A stretch of DNA of 59,927 bases, filler included, from Callorhinchus milii (Eukaryota): NCBI RefSeq assembly GCF_018977255.1. It is 2 parts of 2 records of this genome, joined end to end, with 100 filler letters (N's around TTAATTAATTAA, not from the genome) between each part and the next. Parts side by side here need not be neighbours in the genome. Positions count along the whole stretch, not along the records: positions 1 to 29,921 come from NW_024705639.1; 1 more part is not named here. The stretch is one strand, 5' to 3'. A program made the position numbers and the translations under genes. Positions within the stretch are counted from its first letter, which is position 1; each line of letters begins with the position of its first letter. The notes under the pieces are model-generated. The model made no database searches and had not been told where the DNA came from. It was given only the letters and a program-made list of their open reading frames with translations. Shown here one piece after another: positions 12,901 through 23,952 of the stretch.

Positions 12901-15900
12901 AGTGGAGTCATATTCGAACGATTGTCAGTGATATTAGTGATGGAATCACAGTGATGTCACTAGAATGCTATGTTTCCATGTCCGATTTTGTAACTTTAAA
13001 GTCCTTTTTTCTCATAAATTAAAACTTGTGTCGGACAGCCCAGAACACGTAACCAATGTATGTATCGACACCATAAGTACTATTAGGAGGGCTCTATCTT
13101 TCATACCGTCACCCAACTCAATATACACACCTCCGTCAATTCACGCACCCTTCAATTCACAAACCTCCTTTGCTACTCACTCTCGCCTCACCTCTCTCTC
13201 TGTCATCACCGTGAACCGTCCACAGGCCTCGACTCCAAGAACTGCCCAATCAGCCACGAGTTCAGCTACGCGGCGCCCGAGTGCGGCTCCGCGTCGTGCC
13301 GCGCGTCCCGCGAAGTGTGTCGGGGGGTGCGCCCCCCGCCGTTCGAGCTGCCATCCCCTTCCCCCGTGGAGGGCTGCGTGTGCGGCGCGGGGCTGTACGA
13401 CGACGAGCACGGCGTGTGTGTGCTCAAGAGCGATTGCCCCTGCTACTCGGAGATGAGCGGGGACGTGATCCGGGCAGGGGTGACCGTTGATCTGCACGAC
13501 ACGCAGTGGTATGAACCAGCGTTGTGCCAGCGTGTGCATTCCACACTCGTGCTGGGCGACATTGGCCGCGGTCGTTTTTGTCGTCAACGTTGTCTTGCGC
13601 GACCTCGACCACTCTTATCCCAGAGCAGCGGTCTGGGTCGGGTTAATTGATTTGGCGTATTAAGTGCCTCACGGCTGAAACGTTCGCTACTCCACACACA
13701 CGCACTTTATTAGCTGCAGAGCAATAATTTGACTTTTTAGCCGAGTCAAGTGTCATGGGCACGTTACTAAATAAGATGGTTTATTTTAACACAACTTGAG
13801 ACATGTCTTTCATGGTCGTACTTTATACACGACGCCTGTATCCACGCCATTTGGTCTCTTTTGTCCGCCAGCACCTATTCACACCCCCCAGCAGAAGGAG
13901 TTAGTCATTGCTGGGTTTTTATTAAGAATTCAGGAGAAATGTCAGGTTATTTGCACAAAAGCTTTCGTGTATTTATATAGTGATAATGTTGATGATGATG
14001 ATTAATGTTATATTTGATAAGACCAAGGATGTCTACTCACGCAATGCATCTTTGCTTCATTGTTTGCCCCCTAGTCTGTGCACGGGTGGGGAACTTCACT
14101 GCTTTGGACTTTCCCCCATATCTGGTGAGCTACTCTTGTTGCTATTATTGTCCTTCTTAAGACACTGCAGAAACAACATTTATTTTTAGAGAGAGGCAGT
14201 CAACCGTAGGCAAAAGGTAAAAGTAAGATCTTGAGCCTGGACTTGAAGAGGGGTAGAAAGCAGCACTTTTGATGACATTCATGAGCACAGCATTATAACA
14301 AATATACAATATATAGAAAATGTATAGTACGCTGACATTTTGGGCACTTGCCACATTTGGATCTGTCCTGCCAATGGTAGTTAATTTCACAATAATCAAT
14401 ATTTCAATCAATATTTGTTCTTGGGTTTGGCCAAGCAGTTGATTTATGACAAGATTGTGGCCGTACCCAAAAACAAATATGGATCATTGGATTGACTACA
14501 CAAAGCTATGTTTTGAGTTAACTTCACAATAGGTCACGACCTTATTATCTGCAAATCTGGATATTTAAAGAACCTGTGTTGTGTGTTTGTGCGTGTGCGT
14601 GCAGGGAACACATGTGAAGGCCAGATGACTTACCACAACTGCAGTGACGGATTGAGTGAAGGCAGTGCTGCCTGTCAAAGAACCTGTGCTAATCCACATT
14701 CAATATGCGTAAGTGTCCGTTGAAAGTGCAACCAACCCGACAGTCAAATAAAGGCTTCTTATAGCCATCAGTAGTAACAATACATCTGGAAGGAAACACG
14801 TAACAATGCTGTGGTGAAACATAGTACCGCACAAATTAAGCTTTAAGCTGGTGCTAGTTTACCCAGAACATGGCCTGGGTGTATAGCGACAATATATGAA
14901 TAATTATTGAAGCAGAACTACTGACCTCAGGCTAAATGCAGCAGAACTTTGTCTTACGATGGTTTAGGCCATCATGATACTCTTGGTTCTTTCAAGAGCA
15001 GTGGGACAGAGAAGGGCATTGTCCCAGAGAAGGGCATTGTCTCATGATAAAGGAAGTATGAGTCAAACCCCGCTACCAAAACTAGTCGGGAAAAGCGAGT
15101 GTGAATATAATAGCTGTTTTTGGGTTGCGTCTTCATTGAAACGGATGATCATCATGATGATAACAATGATCACGATGACAACAGTGCGTTGCGCTGGAGA
15201 AGGCTCGACCGACACCTGTGCGGCACCCTCCCGTGCGTGCAGTATAGCCCGGGCTGCGTGTCGGGCTGCGTGTGCCCCGGCGGGTTGCTTGTGGATCACA
15301 ACGGCAACTGCGTGAGTGAGGAGCAATGCACCTGCGAGCACAACGGGCAGCACTACAACCCCGGAGACACCATTACCCAGCTGTGCAACAATTGGTGAGC
15401 AGTCCGCAGTCGCCCTTCTCCAATGTGCATCTTTGTGCTCCCCCCCCACCCCCCACAGCAGCAATATCTTGGACTGGTAGTTGTGTGGGCAGTAGAAACG
15501 GGGGAAACATTGGTCAAGGTCGATGTCACCTTGCACGACCTCGACGTTCAAACGACGCCGACCTTGACCACCCACTCGACCGACGCCAGGACCGCACTGT
15601 CACACAGCAGTGGTCGGCGTCGGTCATTAGTGTCACATCTCAATTATGAAGTAGCGAAACCGTAATATTATTTTATTGAGAGCGGCAGTTACTCAGAGGA
15701 AAAAATAGGTTTGGAGCCTGCATTTGTACAGGTGTGTGGAGCCGACAGCATGGACGGTTGAGGTACAAAGATCTATAGTATGAGGGCACAGCAAAATTAG
15801 CAACAGGCTCTGAAGATTTGTATCTATCATAGACCAGATTTTGTCCAATCACGACTTTTTGGTTTGTTACCCTTCATGGTCATTTTCCCTGCTTGGATTT

Positions 15901-18900
15901 CAGTCGATACAATTGAAGGGGTGCTGCTTATTTTTCTTACTAGTGTTTGTGTGAAGATTAGGGTTAATGTTAGAGATTAGGGGTTCGGGCTAAGGTTTAG
16001 GGATTAAGTTAAATTAGCTGAGAGTTTAGAGGTTCAGCTTTGCATTTAGGGATCACATTTTTAGGGTCAGGGTTGGATTCATGATTTAGGGGTGAGGGTA
16101 TGTTATATTGTTATTGGTTAGGGTTTTAGGATTTGGGTTTAGGGTTTAGAGGTTATTGCTAGAGACCATTATGGTTAGAGACAGTAGTGCTTTAGACTGC
16201 TTTCCTTGCTCCTCATCTATGGCCGCAATCATCTTGGCCTAACACAAAAGGTGGTAGTGACCTCTCACCATGCTACGATTGCGCATGGGTTGTCTCGTGC
16301 AGCACGTGCATGAACGCACGATGGAGCTGCACGTCCAAAGTCTGCCAGGGCCTGTGTTTCGTGTACGGAGAGGGCCACCACACGACCTTCGACGGGAAGC
16401 AGTATGTCTTCGACGGGTCCTGCCAGTACATCCTGAGCCAGGTGCGCTGTCAATTTATTTTAGTCATATGCAATTAATCCAATGCACCACTGCGTGCATC
16501 TGATGGTTGGGAAGCTTTTCCGTGGTGGGTCGTGAGGACTGGAGTTGAGAAACACTCACATAGAGGCTCATCGCGGCCTCTTATTAATATACCACCTGTG
16601 TGTGTATTTCGTGCGTATATCTGCGTGGCTTTCATTTGTCATCCATGATACTGTATATTTGTTGCTTAACCCTACGCTCTGCAACCACTTTGTTGTTTTT
16701 CTTGCAGGATTCCTGTGGAAACAGCAGTGGCTCATTCCGAATCACCACTGAGAATGAGCCGTGTGGAACCACAGGCACCACCTGCTCCAAGAAAGTTCAC
16801 TTTTTGTCGGGGTAAGGGTAGAATTTAAAGAATAAAATTATGTATTGAATATATTGTCATGATTCGGGGTCACAATATGATTAAAAATGTATTCCATTTT
16901 GGTGATCTTAAAGGTGTCATCTTCAGGAATGTAACAAAGCCATTCATATGTTTTGAGCATAATTAATTATAATCAATTACTTGGTTCATCATTGCATTTT
17001 TAGTCATTTATATATATGCTTTACTTCTTTCGCACCTTACGTAGCCAACGTGACAGCCTATTTGTATTGGCTGTCACTTTTGTTCTATCGCGTTCATTCC
17101 ATTAACCCCAAGGTAACAACCACTAAGTGGCTAATCTGCGTGTATGTATGTTTGGGGATCTAGATTGTTCCACCAACTTGAGTGAAGGAGCTGTCCTTTA
17201 AAGCTCATGTGGTTTACGTGAATGAGGTCAAACTTACAAAAACAGCTTTAATTTTGATCCAATCATTTTATTTATCTGCGCCAGTAATGCATATCTGGCT
17301 TACTATTTACAATATCGCAATGCATGAAACAAGTTTGCAGCCCTGATTCAATCATACAACTGTAGCATAAGCCTTTGTGAAGGGGTGAGGGTCATGTGAG
17401 TTGATCCATAGCATGGGCAGACCTCTAAGGTAGAGTGATACAACATGTGGTCTTTTTTTAGAATTCTTCCTTTGCCAAGAAAAGCAGATAAATTATCTAT
17501 ATCCGAATAGCATGTGCTAATTGGTGGACATGCTATGCTCAAGTAAAATGGCATTCATGATTATGTCAATTATTACCCACATCTTTAAAGTATCAATTTA
17601 TGGAAAAAATCTTGAACTTCCCGGAAGCTTAATAAATAAATTTGTATGCCAACAAAACTGATGGGGTCTGGTTGCTTCAAGGTCAGAGCACTGTGCTGGC
17701 ACTGCTGAAATCCTGCTTTTGAAAATGGGCAGTCGCCTCTGATAAAACTGGGTTTGGAAGAGTAGCGAGTTTATGTTTTCTGCCCATTCAAGATATAACT
17801 GCACAAAAAAACCTCTTCACATAAAATTAGATTTGCACTTCAATTGACTACATTACAGGTCTGAGAATTAAAAAACTATCAGTTTGATTACCATGCAACA
17901 AACATTACTCCCAGTGACAAGCAGGTGAGAATTGCTGCCCCCTGCCATGTGGAATAGAGCTCACCTGAATGGCTCTCAGAGGTAACTCTACTATATCCTT
18001 CCTTCGGCTGTTCTTTGATATGGTGGGTCCTACTGGTCTTCAAAGTTCCAAATTAATTATGAATCTCATGGCACAAAGCCGCGATGGCCTAATGGCCATA
18101 TAACCTCATAAACTCAACCGCACTGCTCATGCTGTGTCCTAAAAGGCTGACGAGCTGGTGTTGACGGACGGAACCGTAAAGGGGAGTTCGCTGGATTTGC
18201 CGGGGTCGCCGTTCCACGTGCGCCGCATGGGCATCTACACTGTGGTGGAGACGTCGCTCGGGGTCACGGTCATCTGGGATGGTCACACGGCCGTGTCCGT
18301 CCACGTGAACCCACAGCTCAAGGTACAGGAGAGATCAGTCACTTGGAATGGCTTTAGCCGGTAGTTGGGGAGTCACTGGCCACAGAGACGACCGTGTGTC
18401 ACTCAGGGAGCTAACTCCACATCCCAGAAGTTGGGCCGGTACCACTAAGATCCTGGGTTCTCAGTGTCTCTTATTAAAGTCAGACACACTAAGCAAATAT
18501 CACGGAGGTTTTAAGCTGGACTTGAACAGGAACAGGGAGTTGACAGCACGGATGGCTGAAGAAAGGGAGTTCTAACCGCTAGGGCAGCATAGAAGAATGA
18601 GTGACTTCCCACTGAACGAAAGTTGGCTGGGAGTTTCGACAGAAAGACTAGGTTGCTGGAGCAGCATAGTGCATGGAGGGAAGTAAAGTAAAATGAGTAG
18701 AGCTTGGTAGGAGAGTGCATGGAGGGCAGTGAAGTGAGACGAGAGCCAAGAGACAGGCAGGGTTTAGTCCATGGAGGATCTTGAAGATCTGGGATTGGGA
18801 GCCAGTGGAGGGATCGGGAGGATTGGAGGTGAGCACTGTGCGAGCGTGACCCCTGTGAATTTCCCCACAGGGTCACGTGTGTGGCCTTTGCGGAGACTAC

Positions 18901-19113
18901 GATGGCAAGGTGGCCAACGATTTTGTGACGCGCACGGGCTCGGTGGCAGCGAGCGCTCCCGAGTTCGCCGCTGGCTGGAAGGAGTCCGGCTCTGGGTGCC
19001 CTGACCTTTCGCGAGTGTCCGACCCGTGCACCATAAACCACCATCGTGAGAGCTGGGCACACAAGCAGTGCTCCGTACTCAAGGATGGGGTGTTCAAGCA
19101 GTGTCACAACATG
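785..19113 (+). CDS. Partial multi-exon gene for a gel-forming mucin-like (MUC2/MUC5-type) VWD-C8-TIL protein; 17 exons seen, about 780 codons
   Basis: I spliced the GT-AG exons by hand and the phases are consistent except at two 1-nt deletions. The product has a TIL, VWD (CGLCGNFN), C8, TIL, TIL', VWD (CGLCGDYDG) and start of C8. There is no RxxR furin site between D2 and D', which favours a mucin over VWF. 5' exons lie outside the window and 3' exons were not found. Confidence 0.9.
1350..1467 (+). CDS. Mucin-like exon: TIL end / E module
   Basis: cag|...|gtgag; [40 protein letters not shown]; phase 1 to 2 fits neighbours. Confidence 0.88.
1709..1815 (-). mobile_element. Penelope-like pseudo-LTR end fragment with degenerate hammerhead motif
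   Basis: Shares the terminus ctctttggttcttt.cgtaaagtcacgtagg with 23687. The minus strand reads CTGAGGA-cgaccgc ttgtgtt gcgatc-GTAA-CGTC, with GAAA mutated to GTAA. Confidence 0.7.
3922..3969 (-). ncRNA. Minimal type I hammerhead ribozyme motif
   Basis: Minus strand: ttcac-CTGAGGA-c-ggctgc ttgcgtt gtggcc-GAAA-CG-TC-gtgag. Confidence 0.75.
4024..4071 (+). ncRNA. Minimal type I hammerhead ribozyme motif
   Basis: CTGAGGA at 4030-4036, stem II ggctgc/gtggcc, GAAA at 4057-4060, palindromic ACGT stem III, predicted cleavage after C4064, stem I tcac/gtga. Confidence 0.75.
5388..5666 (+). mobile_element. Penelope-like RT fragment
   Basis: [27 protein letters not shown]...[16 protein letters not shown], closely similar to the RT at 20608-21519 on the minus strand. 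Confidence 0.88.
6164..6302 (+). CDS. Mucin-like exon: start of VWD (D2)
   Basis: cag|...|gtac; [46 protein letters not shown]. Confidence 0.92.
6510..6700 (+). mobile_element. 3' fragment of an RTE-clade LINE ORF
   Basis: With frameshifts it reads [39 protein letters not shown], the typical post-RT C-terminal region of RTE elements. Confidence 0.6.
7094..7203 (+). CDS. Mucin-like exon (VWD) with apparent 1-nt deletion
   Basis: tag|[32 protein letters not shown]...|gtgag. It is 110 nt where a phase 0-0 exon needs 111, and there is an in-frame TAA at 7196-7198. Confidence 0.8.
7723..7789 (+). CDS. Mucin-like exon (VWD)
   Basis: ttcag|[22 protein letters not shown]|gtaag. Confidence 0.82.
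8212..8349 (+). CDS. Mucin-like exon (VWD)
   Basis: ttcag|[45 protein letters not shown]|gtatg. Confidence 0.9.
9091..9252 (+). CDS. Mucin-like exon (VWD end, CGLCG motif)
   Basis: cag|[54 protein letters not shown]|gtgag. Confidence 0.92.
9606..9850. mobile_element. Fold-back mini Penelope-like element with truncated ribozyme core
   Basis: Palindrome 9638-9850 plus the same ~30-bp tail as at 3818; 12-bp direct repeat ataaaaatgatt at 9594-9605 and 9849-9860. Confidence 0.85.
10283..10377 (+). CDS. Mucin-like exon (C8)
   Basis: ttcag|[31 protein letters not shown]|gtac. Confidence 0.9.
10416..10974. mobile_element. Tigger/pogo-like (Tc1/mariner) MITE
   Basis: TIR CAGGCAGTCCCC(A/G)GGTTACGGAA at both ends, TA on both flanks, no ORF. 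Confidence 0.88.
11245..11607. mobile_element. hAT-type MITE
   Basis: TIR CAGAGGTCGCAA.CGGG / CCCGTTTGCGACCTCTG; 8-bp TSD atgtacgt (11237-11244, 11608-11615); subterminal gggtaccc repeats. Confidence 0.88.
12160..12425. repeat. Degenerate (TCCA/TCTG)n simple repeat
   Basis: Runs of tctg/tcca/tcta tetramers upstream of the exon at 12453. Confidence 0.65.
12453..12579 (+). CDS. Mucin-like exon (C8)
   Basis: cag|[42 protein letters not shown]|gtaag. Confidence 0.92.
13226..13508 (+). CDS. Mucin-like exon (TIL + E)
   Basis: cag|[73 protein letters not shown]...DTQC|gtatg. Confidence 0.88.
14075..14124 (+). CDS. Mucin-like exon (end of D2)
   Basis: ctag|[16 protein letters not shown]|gtgag; phase 2 to 1 fits. 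Confidence 0.8.
14605..14708 (+). CDS. Mucin-like exon (TIL', D')
   Basis: cag|[34 protein letters not shown]|gtaag. Confidence 0.88.
15243..15394 (+). CDS. Mucin-like exon (TIL'/E')
   Basis: cag|[51 protein letters not shown]|gtgag. Confidence 0.92.
15957..16150 (+). repeat. Degenerate TTAGGG-like intronic tract
   Basis: ttaggg, tttaggg, tcaggg, tgaggg and tttggg units in a mucin intron. Confidence 0.55.
16303..16441 (+). CDS. Mucin-like exon (start of VWD, D3)
   Basis: cag|[46 protein letters not shown]|gtgc. Confidence 0.92.
16708..16811 (+). CDS. Mucin-like exon (VWD D3) with apparent 1-nt deletion in a T run
   Basis: cag|[32 protein letters not shown]...|gtaag; 104 nt where 105 is needed. 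Confidence 0.88.
18146..18322 (+). CDS. Mucin-like exon (VWD D3)
   Basis: aag|[59 protein letters not shown]|gtac. Confidence 0.88.
18500..18840 (-). mobile_element. L2-clade LINE 3' ORF2 remnant
   Basis: Minus-strand frames give [16 protein letters not shown] and [12 protein letters not shown], resembling the conserved L2 C-terminus. Confidence 0.6.
18871..19113 (+). CDS. Mucin-like exon (VWD D3 end / C8 start); last exon found
   Basis: cag|[23 protein letters not shown]...[22 protein letters not shown]|gtac. Confidence 0.92.
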
Positions 19114-19291
19114 GTACGTGTGTGTGTCTGCGTGTGCACACACATTTGTGCACATGCGTTTGTGTGCACAATCGCATTTGTTGCGCGTGTGATGCATTTG
19201 TGTGTGCATGTTCATTTATCTTCTTGGTTCTTTCGGTAAAGTCACGTAGAAGGGAAGTAATAAAATAATAAAAATAAACATAATAAAATAA

Positions 19292-19341
19292 TTCTCACGA
19301 CGTTTCGGCCACAACGCAAGCAGCCGTCCTCAGGTGAAGAA
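19292..19341 (-). ncRNA. Minimal type I hammerhead ribozyme motif in the 3' pLTR (sense to the PLE ORF)
   Basis: Minus strand: ttcttcac-CTGAGGA-c-ggctgc ttgcgtt gtggcc-GAAA-CG-TC-gtgagaa. Confidence 0.78.
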
Positions 19342-20185
19342 CATGTCTGTCGATAAGACAGAGTCTAAATGACACGTCTTAGGCTTGGAATGTCTATTTA
19401 AGCTGTGAGGGAGGAGAAGAGAGCCTTGACAAAAGAATTTGCATTTTAATAGGAATTTAGCATATTTATGGGAAATGCAGGAATGCGAATAGTGCTAATT
19501 GTGAAATGCGTGGGAGGTGGGCGGGGGGTTTTCAAAGTCATATTATGCCCATGCATTATGCAGGATTAGCAGCATCAAAGGGAGGGGGCAGGGGCAGCAC
19601 CAACAAAGGGAAGGAATGTGAATAGTATGCAGCTGCAGCAACCAAACAACCACGTAAAAAACTAAAGTATAAATTCATAGTATCATCAGTATACTAAATA
19701 TACTCTCCAATAAGCTGAGCTACTAACAGTAAGTAATACATTACAATTCTATGTCGCAAAAAATATAATATGCTTCCAGCTAAACTTTTTCCCTTACATC
19801 AAACAGGTCTGCCCCGTACTATATGCTGCCATAGACAAACCCAACATTAATTATATACTGTATTACTATACACCACCTATACCTTATACATTGTTATATT
19901 ACACTATGTATTATTCTACCCACCCTAATGTATATCACACTGCTATATATTCACTATACAATTACGATACTATATATTACTTTGTACATTGTATTAAGCA
20001 TATAAATGTTATACTATTTGTTATTATACACTGTACCATTGACCGTCGTGTGAAAGATACTAAGAGGCAGCAACGAAATATGAGAATGGGAGAGTAGCAG
20101 AGCAAAGAATCCATTCCCTGCGGAGAATACAATGCCAGTGAGTGGAACGCGGTCTGAGAGTCACCGTAAACGTGAACACAATCAG

Positions 20186-22050
20186 TTAAGATCCGAAATG
20201 GTTTATTACGTCCTTCCAATGATTGCTAAGCCAGAATCCATCTTCTCGGTTGAAATTGTCTCTGTGTTTGTATATGTGGATCGCCTCATGAACGAATCTC
20301 TCATGATAGCCAGATGGCTTGCAGAGAACCTCTGTCTTGGAGAAGTCAATGTCATGTGAGCCCACTGAATTGTAACAGTGATCTGCCACGGCTGAGGTGT
20401 TTGTCCTACCGTGTTTCAGGTCTGCTTTATGTTCACGGATGCGGTCCGAGACATGTCGTTTGGTTTCTCCAATGTAACTGCTACCACAGAGGCAACTTAG
20501 TTTGTAGACGCCAGGGTACTGTATGTCTGGAACCACATCTTTTACAGACGGGACCAGATCACGGATTTTATGTACTGTGTTGAATCGGACCTGGATCTTG
20601 TGTTTAATCAGGATTTTGGAGATCTTTTTTGTGACCCCAGCAATGTAGGGTAAGGTGATGGTCTTGAAAGGCTCCTCAACAGGATCCTTCTTGATGGTTG
20701 GAGTGATGGCCTTGCGGATTGTGTAGTCGGAGTAACCATTAGCCTTAAGAGCTTGGCGTACGTGTTTAGTTCACTGGCAATGTGTTCCTGGTCGGAAATG
20801 CATTGGGCTCTATGGTATAGAGTCTTGATGAGGGAATTCTTCTGGGATGGATGGTGGTGGGAATCCGGTTTTAGGTAAGCATCCGTATGGGTGGCTTTCC
20901 TGTAGACAGAGTGGCTCATTGAACCATCTGGTCTCCTTTTAATTAGGACATCCAAAAAGGGTAGCTTGCCATCTTTTTCGACTTCCATGGTGAATCTGAT
21001 GGCTGGGTGTATGGAATTGATGTGGACGAGAAATTGGTCTAGAGCAGGCCGGCCATGTGGCCAGATGACAAAGGTGTCGTCTACGTACCTCTTCCATAAG
21101 GTCGGGCGTAGAGTGGCAGTCTGGATGGCGTCAGTCTCAAATTTCTCCATGAAGATGTTGGCTACAACCGGAGATAGGAGCCATTGGGGTGCCTCAGTTT
21201 GCTTGTAGAAAGTTCCATTCCAGGTGAAGTATGTATTGGTTAAGCAGTGTCTCACCAGGGGGGGTACCCCAGCATTCAGTCCTTGATGAACCAAGTCTTC
21301 AATGATTGCGATGGTGTCAGGTACAGGAACTTTGGTGAATAAGGAAACCACATCAAAACTGACAAGCAGGTCGTCTGGGGACAGGGCAATCCCCTTGATT
21401 GTCGATACCAGGTCAGTAGAGTTTAGTACCGCAGAGGTGGTTTTTTCCAGTGAAAGGCCGTAGGATTTCAGACAAAAAACGAGCCAATTTATAGGTGGGG
21501 GAGTTGATAGTAGAGACAATGGGACGAAGAGGTGTATCTTCTTTATGTATCTTTGGCAAGCCGTATAATCTTGGTGGCCTGGCTGCAGAAGGTTTCAACG
21601 AGAACTGTTTGGTCTGATCAATTAATGCGGTTGAATCAGAAATGATTTGCTTGGTTTTAGAGACGAGGCTGTTGGTGGGGTCTCTTTTTATTTTTGTATA
21701 GCTGCCATCGTTGAGTAGTTCTTGGATTTTGTTGTTGTATTCTGTTTTGTCCATGATGACAGTGGCATTGCCTTTGTCGGCTGAGAGGATGACAATATCA
21801 TCCCTCTTTTTTAATTGAGCTAATTCAAAACGCTCATCTTTGCTGATGTTGCTAGCTGGCATCTTAGCGTTTTTGAGGGTTGCAGAGATTTCAGATCTTG
21901 CTACGTCTGCAGCGATGTGACTCAGGCCCTTGAGAGCTACATCTACTCTAGCAATTATATCATTAACTGGTATGTGTCTAGGTGTGACTGCAAAGTTTAG
22001 TCCTTTAGCTAAAACGGATTTCAGACCTTCAGAAATAGAACTGTTACTCG
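20186..22050 (-). pseudogene. Disrupted Penelope-like RT/GIY-YIG endonuclease ORF
   Basis: Pieces 21413-21862, 20608-21519 and 20186-20536 are broken by frameshifts. Confidence 0.9.
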
Positions 22051-22821
22051 CGATTAATTACGACAGCAACGAAATATGAGAATGGGAGAGTAGCAGAGCA
22101 AAGTAATCCCATTTCCTGTGGTCAATGGTACACTATATAATAACAAATAGTATAACATTTATATGCTTAATACAATGTACAAAGTAATATATAGTATCGT
22201 AATTGTATAGTGAATATATAGCAGTGTGATATACATTAGGGTGGGTAGAATAACACAGTGTAATATAACAATGTATAAGGTGGTGTATAGTAATACAGTG
22301 TATAGTTTGGTGTTGGGTTTGTCTATGGCAGCATATGGTACGGGGTCAGACCTGTTTGCTGTAGCAGAAAAGGGTTTAGCTGGAAGCATATTATATTTTT
22401 TGCGACATAGAGTTGTAATGTGTTGCTTGCTGTTGGTGGCTCAGCTTGTTGGGGAGTATATTTAGTATACTGATGATACTATTGAGTTTATACTTTAGTT
22501 TTTTACGTGGTTGTTTGGTTGCTGCAGCTGCATACTATTCACATTCCTTCCCTTTGTTGGTGCTGCCCCTGCCCTGCCCCTCCCTTTGATGCTGCTAATC
22601 CTGCATAATGCATGGGCATAATATGACTTTGAAAACTCCCCGCCCACCTCCCACGCATTTCACAATTAGCACTATTCGCATTCCTGCATTTCCCATAAAT
22701 ATGCTAAATTCCTCTTCAAATGCAAATTCTTTTGTCAAGGCTCTCTTCCTCCTCCCTCACAGCTTAAATAGACACTCCAAGCCTAAGACATGTCATTTAG
22801 ACTGTCTTATCGACAGACATG

Positions 22822-22871
22822 TTCTTCACCTGAGGACGGCTGCTTGCGTTGTGGCCGAAACGTCGTGAGAA
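22822..22871 (+). ncRNA. Minimal type I hammerhead ribozyme motif in the inverted pLTR
   Basis: CTGAGGA at 22830-22836, GAAA at 22857-22860, GTC site ending at 22864, stem I ttcttcac/gtgagaa with one bulge. Confidence 0.78.
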
Positions 22872-23952
22872 TTATTTTATTATGTTTTATTTTTATTATT
22901 TTATTACTTCCCTTCTACGTGACTTTACCGAAAGAAACCAAGAAGTATGTATTCTTGTTAAATCAGGGTGGCCGCTGAATTGGAACTGCGCACCTCTGCA
23001 ACAAGCGGCAAAATACGCAGTCGCTGGGCCATGTCACTGATCCCGTGTGGGTCCTAGGGGTTATTTCACCATACTTCACCACGCTGATCAATGTAGATTG
23101 TTGAAAGCAGAAGCATGGAAGCATGGTATAATAATATATTTTGGTGCAGATAAGGTAGCCCTGCAATGGCCTATGACACCTGTTTGGCACATAACGGTCA
23201 CTCCTCTAAAAACTAGGAGTGAACGCTCCTTAGCTTCCCAGATATGATGAGATCAAATGCAGACTAGATGATTAGGTAGGTTATGGGTAACAGATCAAAT
23301 TAGCAGAAGTTAAATGCCCTATTTTTATACCTGGTGGTTTTTATCCGAATCTGGAGGATGTACAAAAGCTGTAGAGAGGATAAGATGTAGAAGCTAAAAA
23401 GTATAAAATGTAAATGAAACGTATTAGTGTTCAACCCTGGCACTCACAGTCGTATTATACATATCACAACAAATCAGCAACAGACAGTTTATGATAAGGA
23501 TGATTGCCACTAGCGTAGGACTGCTGTTGAGAGTTTGTGGAGCCAGCGGCCAATGCGAAGGAGCTGAACGGGAGAAGATAGAAAAGACGGGAAGAGTTAG
23601 TCTCTCTCCGAGTTTGGTGGGTCATGTTGGTAAATGAATAATAATAATTATATCTTGATTTGAAGCTTTTGTGACTGCAGGAATCCATACTCTTTGGTTC
23701 TTTCGGTAAAGTCACGTAGGTATAAAATAAAATAAATCATCAGTTTCGGGCGCAACACAAGCGTCTGTCTGCTTATGAGGCAGACTGTTTTAAAAGGTTT
23801 GAAATGGGTGTAGCCCAAGAGTCATAAAGAAGTGGGCGGGGCTAGTGATGTTAATGTTAGAAATTAGCATGTAACTGTAAGATAGGAGAGCGGCCTCCTC
23901 GACGAGGGCACAGAAGTGGCTATGTTAATGTGAGAAATTCGCATGATGTTAA

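Larger units (their letters stand above)
19218..22945 (-). mobile_element. Penelope-like element (RT + GIY-YIG; Penelope/Poseidon-like), 5'-truncated, with ~820-bp inverted pseudo-LTRs
   Basis: Frameshifted minus-strand ORF ~22050-20186 with [48 protein letters not shown] and GVYKLSCLCGSSYIGET. Region 19218-20044 is the reverse complement of ~22120-22945. There is a short direct pLTR copy at 20068-20120 / 22064-22120. Confidence 0.93.

Noticed and set aside
785..19113. Calling the gene VWF or a specific MUC orthologue
   Set aside because: There is no furin site at the D2/D' boundary and no A domains or PTS region in view. Orthology needs a phylogeny.
18511..19215. 234-aa minus-strand ORF
   Set aside because: It is the antisense of a mucin exon fused to an L2 remnant and a (TG)n-like tract.
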